Of a stretch of 64,000 nt of DNA, positions 13,109 to 26,755 are shown in pieces. Source of the DNA: Atractiella rhizophila. Its lineage: Eukaryota. Made by a program: the position numbers and the translations under genes. The number at the start of each line of letters is the position of its first letter. The stretch's first letter is position 1. Location: positions 1 to 64,000 of the forward strand of contig MU271391.1 in NCBI GenBank assembly GCA_021432655.1, given 5' to 3'. The notes under the pieces were generated by a model that worked only from the letters and a program-made list of their open reading frames with translations, was not told where the DNA came from and made no database searches.

Positions 13109-14271
13109 CTACAAATTCTTCTCTTTCAGGATTCCATCCATTTCCCACTCCACGTTCTCAAATACGTCTCTTTCAGACTTCCCATGCCATCCCAACTTCC
13201 TCAATCTCGTCGCTCTACTCCTGCTATTCCCACCAAATTGAATAATAGAGCCTCTGCTTCCTCCAAAAACATCCCTCTCAAAGCTCTTCGCACTCCCTTC
13301 CCTCACTTTCCCTCTTTTCTGCAACGCATTCCCAATAGCTGCAGCAATATCCTTCCACTTATGTTCACCAGTTTCAGCAAAGTAGTAGAGGGAGGAGAGG
13401 TCGGGAGTCGATGACTGAAGGTTGGTGAGGATGAGCAAGTAGCCGTCTACAAGCGCCTGGACGGAGATATTGTCTGTTTCGTATCGCTGTCAGCCGATCT
13501 TTTGGATACGACGTTGATGAGAACCTACTCCAGTAAGCCTCTCCTTTCCCCCAATATCCTGAATATCCTTCTTTAACCTGAGTATCCAGTGAGGTCAGCA
13601 CTGCCTCTAACCTGAAATTGAGGACGAACGGCAAGCTCCGTGAGAACAGGAATCTGAATACTACGCTGATTGAACGGTCCCTCTCCCTTCCCATAAATGA
13701 GCGGAGGCAGAACGATCTGGATCCTGGCTCCACTTCCTCCCTTCTTCTCGTCGACGAACCGCTTGATCTCCAAGTCGATCTCTCGATGTATGTTCTCCGT
13801 TGTCAACCTCTCATCCATTGCTGAAGGCACCGAATCGTCGTGGATGTAGGTGGACTCCTCCCCATTATCCATGTTGCAGAGCACACCAGTGCCACTCGTG
13901 TGGATGTAGACGACTGGTTTGGATAGATCGGAGCGGGAGGCGATGCCTGCGAGAATGGCTTGAGCGGAAGGGAGGTCATCCGCGGTGGCAGTATGGATTA
14001 TCTGGCCCAACACAAATGTCAGACAAAACTTACTCAGAATAGAATGAGGACGCACGACATCGCTCTTAATGGTTTGCTCCTTGATCACATCGAAATCTGC
14101 TAACGAGCCCTTAATCGGTGTAACACCCAAACCCTTCAACACAGTGGCCTGTTCGTCCCTCCTCGTCAGGGCGAAAAAGTCAAACTTTTCTTTGTGGGTT
14201 TCGAGGAGACGGGTGAGGAGGGTGCCACCGATGAAACCCGTGCCTATCAGGAACAAGGATTGTTTTGGCAT
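13109..14271 (-). CDS. NAD(P)-binding extended SDR / NAD-dependent epimerase-like protein
   Basis: LFLIGTGFIGGTLL, IIHTATADD, YIHTSGTG, VLPPLIYG, FGGNSRSRATRLRKLGW; short introns; TATAAAA on the minus strand at 14353-14359. Confidence 0.88.
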
Positions 14272-16058
14272 ATTGTTGTTCTTCACGCTTTCAAGTTGGA
14301 ACAGTTTGCGAGCTGAGTGACAGGCTCGAGTGAATGAAAGGCTGGGCGGCCCTTTTATACTGTCAATAGCGCAATTTGCGTCATCGACACGGTGCCGTCG
14401 CCGTCACGGTTATTGCTTGAACAGGACCACCACTGTCAAGAGATGACAAAGCAAGCGGGGTGGAAGTGGTGCAGGCAACAGTTCTCGGTAAACATGACGC
14501 GAAAATCATTGCTTGCTAGTTCCTACGAAGCATGACTCTGCATAGGTGGTGCAACTGACAGCCTCGTAAACATGGAGGCGTTGCCGAAGAGCGAGCGGAA
14601 GATGGCTCGTGGATTGCGGAGCTGTAAGTCGCTCGATCTCTGGGGGGTGTCGCAGGGAAGCGCGGGGCGGCGCGTTGACTGTCCTCCACGATACCAAGTG
14701 AATTCTATTCTGTTCTGGAGGCTAATATCCCTCAACCGGATTGAGATTAACGCGTGGTGTCGAGCGGTGGGCTGAGAAGGTCCGGTACGTCGCGAGGTTT
14801 GGGAGAGAGTTTCATTGTTATCATCATGTCCGCAGCTCATCTACCTTCTCCTTTGTTAATTCCATTAGATGTGTGCGGCGATTATGTGCTCACGAACGGG
14901 TTCAAGATTCGCATCGCATTTTGAAGGTTTGGATGAGAACACGCCTCTGACGCTTGAGCGTGCATCTGTTCAATGCCTGTTCTGATGCTACGATAGCACA
15001 AGAAAGGTGAATGACTGGACTGCTACTACAGTATGGCTTGCCGACAGCGAAGAGGGGTTTTAACTGTTCGAAGTTGAGCCAAGTCAGCCATGTATTATTG
15101 TCCCGGCCGATCCAGACACTGGCCAAAGGGGCTCGACAAAAGTGCCTTGAGAGAAAGTAGCAGGCAACTTGAGGAACTTTCTTCTTAAAGTCTTAAAGAG
15201 GACTTTACTCATGCGATACATCCTAAGTAAAATATCGAGCTCATTTGATTTGTTTTTTGGTGGTCCAACTCTCGGAATAATTGCTGCGTAATTCCCTTGC
15301 TCGTGTTAGTGCTGATTGTGCAGACCATGGTGTAATATTCATGTGACTGAGTGAATTTCCCCAAACAAAGGCATTATTACCAAAGATGGAGCATAATGGA
15401 CCTACTCCTTCATCCATCCAAAGTGGGAAGTCTTTTTGTTTTCAACTTGTAGGCCACGCCCTGAACTATGTCATTAATTTTATCCTTTTCCCCATATATG
15501 TAGCTCCCTTTTGTTACCTCGTCCATTTCATTTCCCATACAACCGCTCTGCCTTTTTACGAAACTCTAGTTAATGAAGCGAAATGCTATATTCCACGTCG
15601 AAATGCACTGAAACTTGCAGAAGGATGTTTCGTCTATCTAATGTTTCTTTTATCTAATGTTTCTTCTATCTACTATTGCTCTCTCATCAGAATGGGCCTC
15701 CATTTCCTCTTCGCCTTTACGTTCGACATGTTTGCACCTAAAGCGTAGAGTCTGATTCAACATTCAGGATAACAACAAAGTTCGGGTTGTTGTCTGAACA
15801 AATTTGTACTGTATCTTTCGCACGATTGAATGTTCGTCACTGAAGACAACGCCTTTCCTCCTTGCGCGATTACATTTGGCCTCACCTCGGCAACAATATT
15901 GCAAGGAGTCCCGCACGCACTATTCTGCCTCTTCGCATGAATATTCCACATGCACTCAACGGTCATGACGAAGCTGAGGTTACCCTTCCTCTTTCTCCTG
16001 CAGGGACTATATAGGCTGGAGTTTGAGGGTGAGGGAAGACCACCAAGGAGTTCGTAAA

Positions 16059-19000
16059 ATGCTGCTCCCTCTGCTTCTACCTCTCTTGCTCAACACCAAC
16101 ACAGTTAGCGCGCAAGGTGTCGCAAACTGTCCAGGTTATAATGCCAACATAACACAGGATGGAAACACATTCACAGGACAACTTACGTCTGCTGGTCCTT
16201 GCAATGTATACGGAGACGATATTCCTCAGCTCACGCTGAAGGTAGAATACGAGACAGGTGCATTCTTTTCTTCTCTCACTCCTTTTGCTGTTCCCGAACT
16301 CATACTCATAAAGTGTCGTGTCATAGACACAAGACTTCGCGTATTAATCCGTGACATTTATCAAGAACGCTACGAAGTGCCAGGGACCGTCTTCCCACGG
16401 CCATCTAAAGGAGAAGTTACTACTCCACAGCTCAAATTCGTGTATACCGAATCGCCATTCTCGTTCGAAGTAAGGCGAACCGAGTCGGACGAGATACTGT
16501 TCAAAACAGACGGACCACTCGTGTTTGCAGATCAGTATTTGAGAATCGCAACTAGTTTGGGGGAGAATGCAAATATCTATGGGCTCGGTCAACATGTGAG
16601 CGTGGATTCTCCTGTTGGGCCTCGAGGAGATATTTACGCATAAGTGCAGAGCGAGACGTTTCGACTTCCCACAGAGAACCTGACGCGGTAAGTGTGCACA
16701 TATCTTTTGGCATCTGATAGCATCGTTAACCGTCGGTCGTCGCAGAACACTTTGGAATGTCGACGGTTGGGATACGCCTGTCGGTACGAATCTGTACGGA
16801 TCTCACCCCATCTACTTCGAACAACGCGAGAGCGGGACGCATGGAGTCTTCCTCCTCTCTTCGAATGGAATGGACGTCAAGAGATCACAGTCTCTCCTGG
16901 AATACAACGTAATCGGTGGCGTTTTTGACTTCTATTTCCTCGCCGGTCCAACCCCTGCGGACGTCGCCAGGCAATACGCTCAAATTGTTGGATTGCCAGC
17001 GGAGATGCCCTATTGGAGTTATGGCTTCCATCAGTGCAGATATGGATATCACGATTGGCTTCAGGTGCGATTAACCTTCATAACTTGTGGACTTGCTATT
17101 GATGCTGTGTCAGGTGGCTAATGTCGTCAGGAATTATTCCATTGCTGGAATACCTCTAGGTAAGCATTTTAGTCACGAATGGGGCCTGAATTAAGGAGAT
17201 TCAGAAACCATGTGGGTGGATATCGATTACATGGACCGTCGTCTCATCTTGTTAACATTTTCGTTATCTTGAATGATTTTTGCGCTGAAAGAGGAACAGC
17301 ACTACCGATCCGGACTACTTCCCGCTAGACAGGATGCGAGAGCTTGTTGCTAGACTTCACGAAAATGGTCAGCAGCTTATTCAGGTTGGTTGCTCTGTCA
17401 CACACAAACTGATGAAGGTCTGAGTTTTTGAAAGATGGTTGATCCTGGAATCGGGGTACAACCAGACTATGGGACGTACGCGAGAGGTAGAGACTTAGAC
17501 GTCTACCTTAAGGAGTCGAATGGAAGCGAACATCATGGGACCACTTGGCCTGGTGGTCAGTTTCTCTTATATTATTAGATTTAGGAGACTGATGCGCAAC
17601 CTAGTTGTTGTTTGGCCGGATTGGTGCGCGGCTGTGACCTCTCCTTCATTCAAGCCTACTAATTGTTCATTGCTGATAGGTTTGACCCTGTGCGCTTTAT
17701 CTGTATATAAGCGCATCCTCTCACTAGGAGGAGACGACAGAAAGCAACTGATTTCTGGACACATGAGCACCAACTTTTCTACAACGCTGAAACGGGCATT
17801 GATATTGACGGCGAGTGGAGTAAGTCTTCCCAAATTGCCATTTTCGTCAGACTGAGCATTGCGGAATGCGGAAGATGATCTCAATGAGCCAGCATCTGGT
17901 TGCCAGTATCCCTGTGATAACCCATCAGGCATGTTGCTGGCTCACTTTTTCAGAATGCACTTTCTAATATAGGTTCAGGTGGACCGCCACCAAGGGATGG
18001 AAACCCTCCTCCGTTAGTTTGTGCAATCCACATAGCGAAACTGACAGAGACCATGTAGGAAAGATGCTCCTCTGCCTGACTGGCCAGTTACTACGCAGAG
18101 TGCTCTCGTAAAACGACTACCTAATCCGGAATACGAGCAGAAGCTCCTGAATCCACCATACAACATCAATAATGTCTGCATGACATTTCTCTCGTGTGAG
18201 CCGTGGATGACGTAGGGGAAATAGGTGAAGGGCGTGCTTAGCGATTTTACAGCTCATGTTGACACCCTTCATTGGGGGGTATGTTTTTTTTATCTCGTCT
18301 CTTTCCTCGAGCTTATATATCTCCAGGGTCTCTACCACTATGACGTCCGTGAGTCCACCTCTGGTATCAACAAGGTGCATTTTGTCATAGATATGTCTTA
18401 GACAATCTCTTCGGCATGATGATGACCCAACACACTTACGATGCCCTCCTGGCTCGGCGTCCAGGCCTCAGACCGTTTATCATCTCACGTTCCTCCTTCG
18501 CAGGTAGTGGCAGAAAGAACGGAGTTTGGTACCCTTTTTTTCTTCAGATCAAGTATTCAGAGCTAAAGGATGACTTAGGACGGGAGACGTCAGGAGTAGT
18601 TGGCCCAACTACGTACATACGTTCGAGAAATAGGATGCGATTACTGATATCTATGTTAGAGGAACTCTATTGCAAACCTTCTCGCTTTTTCATCTCTGTA
18701 TCAAATACCCGTGAGCGGCGCAGACGTCTGTGGATTTTTGGGCGACACGAACGAAGGTCCGTCTCTTGTCAAGGGCCCAAATTTGCTCAGTAACCCATTG
18801 AACAGTATTATGCAATCGCTGGGCGTCTCTCGGTGCCTTCTATCCCTTCTATCGAAATCACAAAGACTCAGGGGCTGCTTCGCAGGTGACTCCTTCCTTC
18901 CTCTCGTTTGGCAAAGGTGTTAAACATCTCTTCAAACTGCAGGAGTTCTACCTCTGGGAATCCGTTACAGGTACAGCGAAGAAGGCTATCGACAAGCGTT

Positions 19001-19807
19001 ATCGCCTGCTTGATTATTTCTATACCCACCAGCACCAGCAAAGTGTCGACGGGACTCCTGCTTTCCAGGTTCGTTATGCCTCACCAGACTTATCGAAGGA
19101 AGGAGCCTAACACTAACATGATCAATAGCCCCTCTGGTTCCAGTTCCCCGAAGATAAGAACACGTATGCAGAAGAACTGCAGTTCCTCTTTGGTCCTTCC
19201 ATATTAGTCTCCCCCGTCGTTGATGCGGAAGATTCGACGAGCGTCTCTGCGTACCTACCAAACGAGAACTGGTACGACTTCACTACTTATGAGAAGGTCG
19301 AGGGTGGCGGTACTGCTCACACTTTTGATGTGCCGTTGGACGAGATAAAGGTGCAAATCAAAGGTGCGTACTTTCGACATGCCTCCACAACACGATCTCA
19401 AGGGGTGGCTCTTCTCCAGGTGGAAGCATCGTCCCGCTCCGCGTAGAGAGTGCCAACACCACTCGCGAACTGAGGAAGAAGGATTTCGAGCTCCTCGTGC
19501 CCTCCCTAAAGAGGGTTCTGCTGCCGGACAACTTTACGTGGACGACGGCATCTCTATTGAACAACAAGGGACATATCATGCCACGTTCACGTTCGCAGAC
19601 GGGACACTGGAAGCTAAGATTGACGAGTCGTCCTACGATACCGCCGTACATTGGGCACGCGTTCGCTTCCTTGGATTCGCTACTCAGCCTCAAACCGTTC
19701 AACTTGACGGATCGCAAGTAGATGCAACTTGGGACGCGGAGAGAGGAACGTTGGAGATTGCTGTAGGAAAGGTATTGAGTGAAGGGTTCAAGATTCAGGT
19801 GCAATAG
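16059..19807 (+). CDS. Secreted GH31 alpha-glucosidase, about 23 exons
   Basis: Signal peptide [57 protein letters not shown], spliced nucleophile motif [28 protein letters not shown]. Confidence 0.93.
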
Positions 19808-20337
19808 GAGTGATCAATCAACAAACTCTTTAAGGTACTACTGGAAAGCAAACCTTCGTGCAAATGAGTCGTTACCTGAGCTTCCTTTAAAAGTTTCGAA
19901 TGGAAGTAAGCCTAGGGCCTAAGTGACTGTAAGCAAGCGGAAATGATCATAATTACTTGGAATATTCCATGACTATCGTCGTCCTCCACCCACAAGATTG
20001 GTAGGAATAGTTCGAACATTACAGTTGTAAATTTGAAGTAGTAAGGGGAAAAAATATGCAACGACCTCTTTAACCCAACTCACGAAACCTCTTCTCAGTC
20101 AAAAGATAACCTACAGAATGCAAGCAACCATGATACAACACGGATGGAAAGGGTTAAGTAGGTCAAATGGAATGGAAATGGAATGGAACGGAGCATTTGA
20201 TTTGATTATGGGGATGAAATGAAATCTCTGGCTCAACATCATGACATCGTCACTCGTTCTCGTTCAAACTCATAAGCAAAGCACGTAGGCTAACAGCAAC
20301 ATCTCTAACTGACTGGAGCACCACCTTCTCCATGGGC

Positions 20338-23300
20338 CTATCGACTGGTTTCCTCAAACGCCTTCCTCCTCTCCCTCACATCCACGTTGATCACCTCGGT
20401 CTCCTCGTCCTCCTTCTTTCCCTCCTGCCGGTCCGTATCCTTCGCCCAATTGCTCAATCCAAGTCCAAAACTGCCTCTAAAACTCGGCAGGGCAGGCAGA
20501 TAAGCAGGTTTATCCGGACTCCAAATCAACACTCCTTTCTTCTTCGACGTGCTAGGAGAAGCCTGGCTTTTCTTCACCGTGTCGACGTCTTTCTGGTGCG
20601 AGTGGAAGAAGCCTGTTTGTGCTCCACGAGAGGGGAGGAAGGCAGGCTTCGGATGTGGGTTCTTTGACGGTGTGCTCGGCGCAGATGTCGAACAAGACTG
20701 TGATGCGGTGAAGGTGGGGGTGGAGGCGGGAGGAGAAGGCGTTGTTGTTCCTGATGGGGTTGTAGTGGAGTGTGCCATCTGCGTAGGACTCGAATGAGGA
20801 GAGGTAGGAGAGGAGTGTGAGGACGAGGAAGAAGGCGTAGTCAACGCTGTCGTATTCGTTGAGGACGACGTGTTGGAGAAGGAAGAAGAAATGGAACTGT
20901 TCGACGCTGACATCCTGAACAAGTCTGCAATCGGGGTAGCTGTCGCTCCAAGTGGTGCAGCACCCGGTGGCGAACTAGAAGTCCGTGGCGGCGGACTTCC
21001 ATTTCCCAGTCCAAAAGAAGAAGATAAAGGAGGGGAAGGAGGAGCTTTCTCCTCAAACGCCAGCCTAAGATCTCTAACACTCGGTCCTCTCTTTAGTGCC
21101 TTCTCTCCGTCAATCCGTTCAACTTCCACCTCTTCCACCTCCTCATCCTCCTCATCTCCTCTCATCCCAACCATGATAGTCCTCCTCTTATCCTCCCAAT
21201 CCTCACCTCTCTCAACCACACGCTTCTCCCTCCTCCTCGGCGCCACATCCTCAAGCACGAAAGTCTGCGGGAACTTGTCTCCCTTCGGCGTCAGTTGCGC
21301 CGTCTCATCGCTTCCCCTTCCCTGCCCTTGTCCCTGTCCTTGTCCCTGCTGTTGCAGAGCGAACGCCTGGAACTCTCTCGGACTCCGTCTCTGGGCTGAC
21401 ACCTGCTGATACTGTTGCTGGAGCGCAAACTGTTTCTCCCCCCTCGGACTCGGACTCGCAGCCGGACTAGGAGTCCCAAACCCCTTCTTGACGTCGCCCA
21501 TCACCTCGACTTCCCAACTACCTTCCTTGATCCTCGCACTCTCACACCTCCTCGCAAATAGCGTCTCCCTCTCCGTGATCAACAGTTTGAGGAAGCTCGG
21601 AGTGAACCTGAGCGTTGGAGAGAGGATGAGGAGCAAATTTGAGAGCGTCATCTTCGTCTTGTCGGCATGTTGGGAGAGGTGGTGAAGATGAAAGGCGAGG
21701 GAACGTAAGAGGTAATAGTTCTCGGGGGGCAATGCGCCGCCGAACAAATCTTTGAGCTTGTCCAGCAAGATCGATCTGCTCTCTTCCGTCGAGGGGGACT
21801 GTGGAGAACCGGGAGAGTTGAGGGAAGAAGGGAAGGTCGCGCGGGTGGGAGTAGCGGTCGAAGGGACTAGGTTGGTCGATAGCGCGGGGTGGTTGGTGTG
21901 GGAGAAAACGAGGGAGTCGACGACTGTATCCAGGGAGTTCGACAGCACGGATTCGGGCACTGTTCTCCCAGTGTTTTAGGATCGTCTTGGTAAAGGGGAG
22001 AGAAAAGGACGCACGCTCTCGTAGCCAGCTCTTGAAGACGCTGGCGACAGCATGAGGGTCAAGATCCGCCGGTCCACATTGTAAAAGGTCGAGATCGATG
22101 CCTGTCCCATCATCCATTTGTCAGTCAACATTCTTCTCCTTCCTCATCGCATCATCAAGGCATTCAAATATCAACTTTATATATTGTGCTCAGCTTCTTT
22201 CAGCGCCTCACTTCACTCCGGAAACCAGATCGTCATACGAAAAACACTCACCAGCACCAAACACCCTCCTAAGACCGTCAATCTCCCCCCTCCCCCCAGG
22301 AACTCTATAAACGCCCTCCTCCCTCTCTCCCCAAACCTCCAAATACTCCAAACACCTAACCGCAATAGCGGGCAACCACTTCCTCGTCTCCACATCGAGC
22401 CACTGTCCATTCCTCACCCCTCCCCCTCCCCTTCCATCTCCATCCGCCCCATCCCCATCCTGTCCGATTTCCCCTCCAACGGCGACCACAGATCTAGTTC
22501 CGAGGGGTACGAGACGCGATCGTGAGACTGCAAGTTCTAAAGGAACGCCAAAGACCTCCTTTTCCACATTCGGGACGACCTCCATCCTCCTCCCAAACAG
22601 CATCTCTCCCTTCCCCTTCCCGCCCCTTCCACCCGCCGACCCGGGGCGACCGGTGGCACCATTCGCAGCGGGAGAGCACGACGCGGATGTGGAAGAAGAG
22701 GAAGAGCCGGCAAAGAGTGGTGATGTGGAGGAGGACCGGTGGCGAAGGACGGGAGGGAGGGCTTGGACGCCGGTGTTGATGCGGTCCCGGACCTTTGTTA
22801 GGTTCTGTTTGAGCCCGGCGGGGAGGGCGGGGATGGGTGGGAGTTTGGGAGGCTTGTTGAATGCTTGGCCGAGCCCGGAAAGGGAGGCGGAGGGTGTGGT
22901 GGAGGGAGAGGTCGAGGAGGGGTGGGGAGTGGTGGATGAGGAACGGACTTTGGGGAGGGAGGGAAAGGAGGGGAGGTGGTCGGTGGAGAAGGAGAGGCCG
23001 GGGAGGATCCTGTATGGAGAGCGGGAGGTGGATGGGGTCGATGCATGGGAGGCGGCATTGGGTGAGGGAGAGGGAGATGAGGATGGGAGGGGGATGGAGG
23101 GCGAGGAGAGGGAGGGAGAGGGACCGTGTGCGTGTGTGTTGGATGTGGATTTGAAGGAGGGTAGACGGATGGATTTGCGTTTTGGAGGCGCTGGATGCGT
23201 CGGCCGTCCCATCCCTAGACTTAGACCACCCCCACTTCCATTCCCATTCTTGCTCCCACTCCCACTTCCGCTTCCGCTGCCGCTCATGATCCCCAGCGTG

Positions 23301-23743
23301 GTCCCACTCCGCTCGAGCGTGACACCGCTCCTTCCATTCCCACTTCCTCCATCTCGTGGCGGAAGAGTGCGCACCTTTGCCTCCCTCACCGCACTCCCAC
23401 TCCCATTCCCACTCCCATTCGGAAACGGAGGCGCAGAAGTGGTCGTGTCGACATGCTGCAACCGCGTCCCCGCGCTCTCGTCAGAGTCCAGCTCCTCGCT
23501 CGTCGTCGACAGGGAATCGTCCGACTCGTCTCCCCTCCTCCTCCCTCCGGGACTCCTGTTCCTATCCAAGTGGTGCCCATTGGAATGGCCGCTTGACGAT
23601 GCGTGCGAGTTGGATGTGGAGGAGAGATGGCTGGATGCGGATAGATGGTGGGAAGGATTCTTGGGCGGAGGCGGGGGAGGACGAGTGGTGGAGGTGGATG
23701 AGGAGGCGGAGGAGAGATAGAGTGGGATGGTGGGCGTGGGCAT
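20338..23743 (-). CDS. RhoGAP domain protein with long S/P/G-rich low-complexity arms
   Basis: VFGVPLE, LPAIAVRCLEYL, EEGVYRVPG (arginine finger), DPHAVASVFKSWLRE, LPPENYYLLRSLAFHL, KMTLSNLLLILSPTL. Confidence 0.88.
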
Positions 23744-25221
23744 CCTCTTCTTTCTGCGAGTCCTTATAAAATGTATAGCCTCGACGATTAATGATGCTTG
23801 CACGCTTGATCCTTGCGAGTCCTCCGACAATGACAATGGCGATTGAATGTGAATATGGAATAATCAATCAAGAGACGAAAATTGCCCTCCACTCAACCCG
23901 ACTGATCAACGCGGCAGCAAGCAATGAGAATGCGTAATGAGAATGGAGTGGCTGTGATCACTCGATGCTGGATACTGGCGTATGCAGCTGCACCAAAGAA
24001 TACCTTCCCTGGGAATAGGGAACAGAGGAATGGAAGAAGAAGCTGAGCTGAGGTGGCAGCGGTGGTGGAAGAACCTTGGCCAGTTGCCGCCGGGCGATCG
24101 GAGAGCTGAAACGACTCCAAACGACGAGCTAGAAATGTCCATCTGGCCACATCTGGGCCTTTATCTCATCATCTCATCAGTATATTTCATGTCCATGTCC
24201 ATGACAGAACAGAAGCGGGCGTCCTTTCTTATTCCTATTCCTGTTCCTATTCCTATTCATGGTCGGAGCTGAGCTGAGCTGAGAATCGTGCTGAGTTCTT
24301 ACTGGGTTCTGGAATGGTCGGATAGAGCCTGGCACGGATGGTGGATGACGCAGAGCTCTCTTCTACCTTCCCAGTCGTTTTCCTCGTGCTTCGTGCGTCA
24401 GAGTGTTGGTTAACGAATCCAGCCCGTCCATGTACGGACCCAAGCACGCCTGAGAACAGGAGAATGGAGGAGCAAACCCAAACAGACCTGACCGAATTCT
24501 GCCTCCAGGCGTCCAACTTGAACGGTGAAAACAACCTGGGAGTGCAGCGTTTTTCTCTCTCTCTCTGGGTGGCAGACCGTGGAATGACAGCAAGATTTTA
24601 ACTTCCTCTTTGACTCTATTTTATGTTCAGGAGGGTAAGTGGAGCGAACGGATCTGTTAGAACCGTTCGAAAACGGCTAAGGGCATCTGAGGCGCTAGTA
24701 TCGATGGATGGACAGCATTGCAGATGACATGCATGAGCTTGGAGATGAGAGGAAAGCGTACATGTCGCCCAACAGCTTCCTTACTGTACCTCAGAACTCC
24801 TCAAGCAGCGCTCAGTGTTCGTCGTGACATGAAAGACTGCAGTCGAGAGCTCTGAAATAATGTTCAAGTCTTCTTGTGAATGATCGCAGGATTGAGTTTA
24901 CAAGTAGGGAATACCACTGTAGAGAAGTTGGTAGCATTGCCTGTTGAAGAGTGGAGTGAAGAACGAGGGAACTTGAAGTTCATGCATTCGCTCAATTCTT
25001 ACTCAGAATGGAGCTCCTAACGATATCTCGGCTTGAACCTGCAGGACTAGTATATCCGCTAGGACATGGGTCTGGAATCGTCTCTCCATATCTCGGCTCT
25101 GTAAAGTTCCCGAGCTGGGATGCTTTCAGCATGTCAAAGTCCCTTTCCTTGTAAAACGCATCCAGGTTTCGTTAGGATGTCTAGTTGCTCGAATTGTTAC
25201 TTCCCTGTTCAAAGCTTCGTG

Positions 25222-25676
25222 ATGGGATGAGGATCGCCCGACCGTTTTGAATACTCAACGTTCCGATTCCTGCAAATGCCTCATTCTAACATTGAAGGCG
25301 GAAACGAGACTTAAGGTGCAGTTTGGAGAATCCGCAGTCCTCAGTGGGCGATTAAGTGGTCCTTCTCAAAGTCTTGAGCAGTTCCAGAGATTCAGCCAAG
25401 TTGACGTGCGCTGCCGATGCCATTTTCGTTGTCGGCGTTTGCGTTCAACGGTTTTGCTGAGTTACAAGCAACTCGCCAGTGGCTTGTCGCTCTGCAGCAG
25501 TCGCTTGAGCCATAATCAATGCCGAACAACTGAAGACAAATCGCCTATGCTGCCTCAGCAACTGCCTAGACTTGGTTTGAAACCGCCTAATAATGGGATG
25601 AGGATCGCCAGACTATTTTGATAATTGACATTCCGATGCCTACAAATGCCTCATCTTCTAACATTGACGGTGGAAA
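25222..25676. repeat. Pair of imperfect ~83-bp direct repeats (25222-25304 and 25593-25676)
   Basis: ATGGGATGAGGATCGCC...TTCCGAT(T/G)CCT(G/A)CAAATGCCTCAT...TCTAACATTGA..G.GGAAA is present twice, about 370 bp apart. Confidence 0.85.
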
Positions 25677-26755
25677 GGTTCTTGTTCTTGTTCTCCTGTT
25701 AGAATGGGGATGCCACGACACTTTGGCATGACCCATCTACTCTTACCTTACAGCCCAGCGACCTCGCTTAGCACCACACGCAGGTCGACAGTGCTCTTGC
25801 CCTAGTTCTGAGATTCGAATTCTTCCTGACGCACACATGCTGACACTAAAGCTGTTAAGTCACTAGATATGCATCACCTGCTTTCGGATGGACGACCAAA
25901 GTTTTGGTGACCTTGTATCTCTCCTACTTTAGTTGAGCTCCAATGCTTCTCTTTCCCATCCCTTCTTGCCTGAACGTTTCAACATTCCCCGTCTCCCCGC
26001 AGATCTCAGAACCAGAATCGCCATCCCTTCTTCTTTAATATCCATCCATCGACCATTTCTTATTATTAACAGTGAGAAGGCTCGGGGGACTGCTTTCAAA
26101 CTTTCCTCAAACCCTCCTTGATGTTCCTACAGAACCGATCTAATCGGAGATTAGCACAAGAGGCATGGCTCGCTCTCAGAACTTTCCTCATTGCAGAATT
26201 TGCTCATGAGCCACATTTCAAGAGCAGAGCGAACTCCGTCGGTCTGAATCAGAGAACCACTTTGCGTCTGTGGCTCGTCTCCTCTCGATTGCACTGTCGT
26301 CAACTTGTGATGCTTCTGACGGTGCTTCCGACGGCGATTAATATTTGAAAGAGCGGGGGTTGCGCCCGAACAGAGGGAAACACCGACTCTCAATGAACAT
26401 CCACTTCCCGAAACACACGAGCCTTCTGATTGCTTCGGTTTGAAGCAATACAAAGTGGGTTCACCTGCGAATCAAACGTGTTAGACCTTCTATATCGGGT
26501 CGATCAGCATTATCTCGCAGGGCGCTTGTTGGCACTCGCAGCTCTTTCGGCCTAGCTTCAAGCTCAAGGTCAGACTTGTTGGCTACCGAAGTTCAAGAAC
26601 CTGTTCTCTCTCCATGAATCGTTGCTGTCTTCCGTCGCTTCAGGCAACTTGAAGCGCGAAATTGGCTGATCCGTGCTCCTGGCCACAAAAGGCGACTGTC
26701 TCTCCAAACTTCGCACGACTTCCTTGCCTTCTCTCTATATCATACTGAGCTGAAA

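Noticed and set aside
14300..16000. Long intergenic region with short ORFs and a small tandem duplication near 15634-15665
   Set aside because: No recognisable protein motif, terminal repeats or RNA signature by eye.
20165..20192. (TGGAA)n-like short repeat, and similar tiny repeats near 24267 and 39980
   Set aside because: Ordinary microsatellite-type repeats of few units.
22653..23720. 355-aa plus-strand ORF (and similar antisense ORFs at 20870-21409 and 56195-56989)
   Set aside because: Antisense shadows of low-complexity RhoGAP and BRCA2 exons.
26340..26460. Weak resemblance (VDVH, FPLFG) to the F-box-like family C-terminus on the minus strand
   Set aside because: The motifs are in different frames, too short and wrongly spaced to support a fourth family member.
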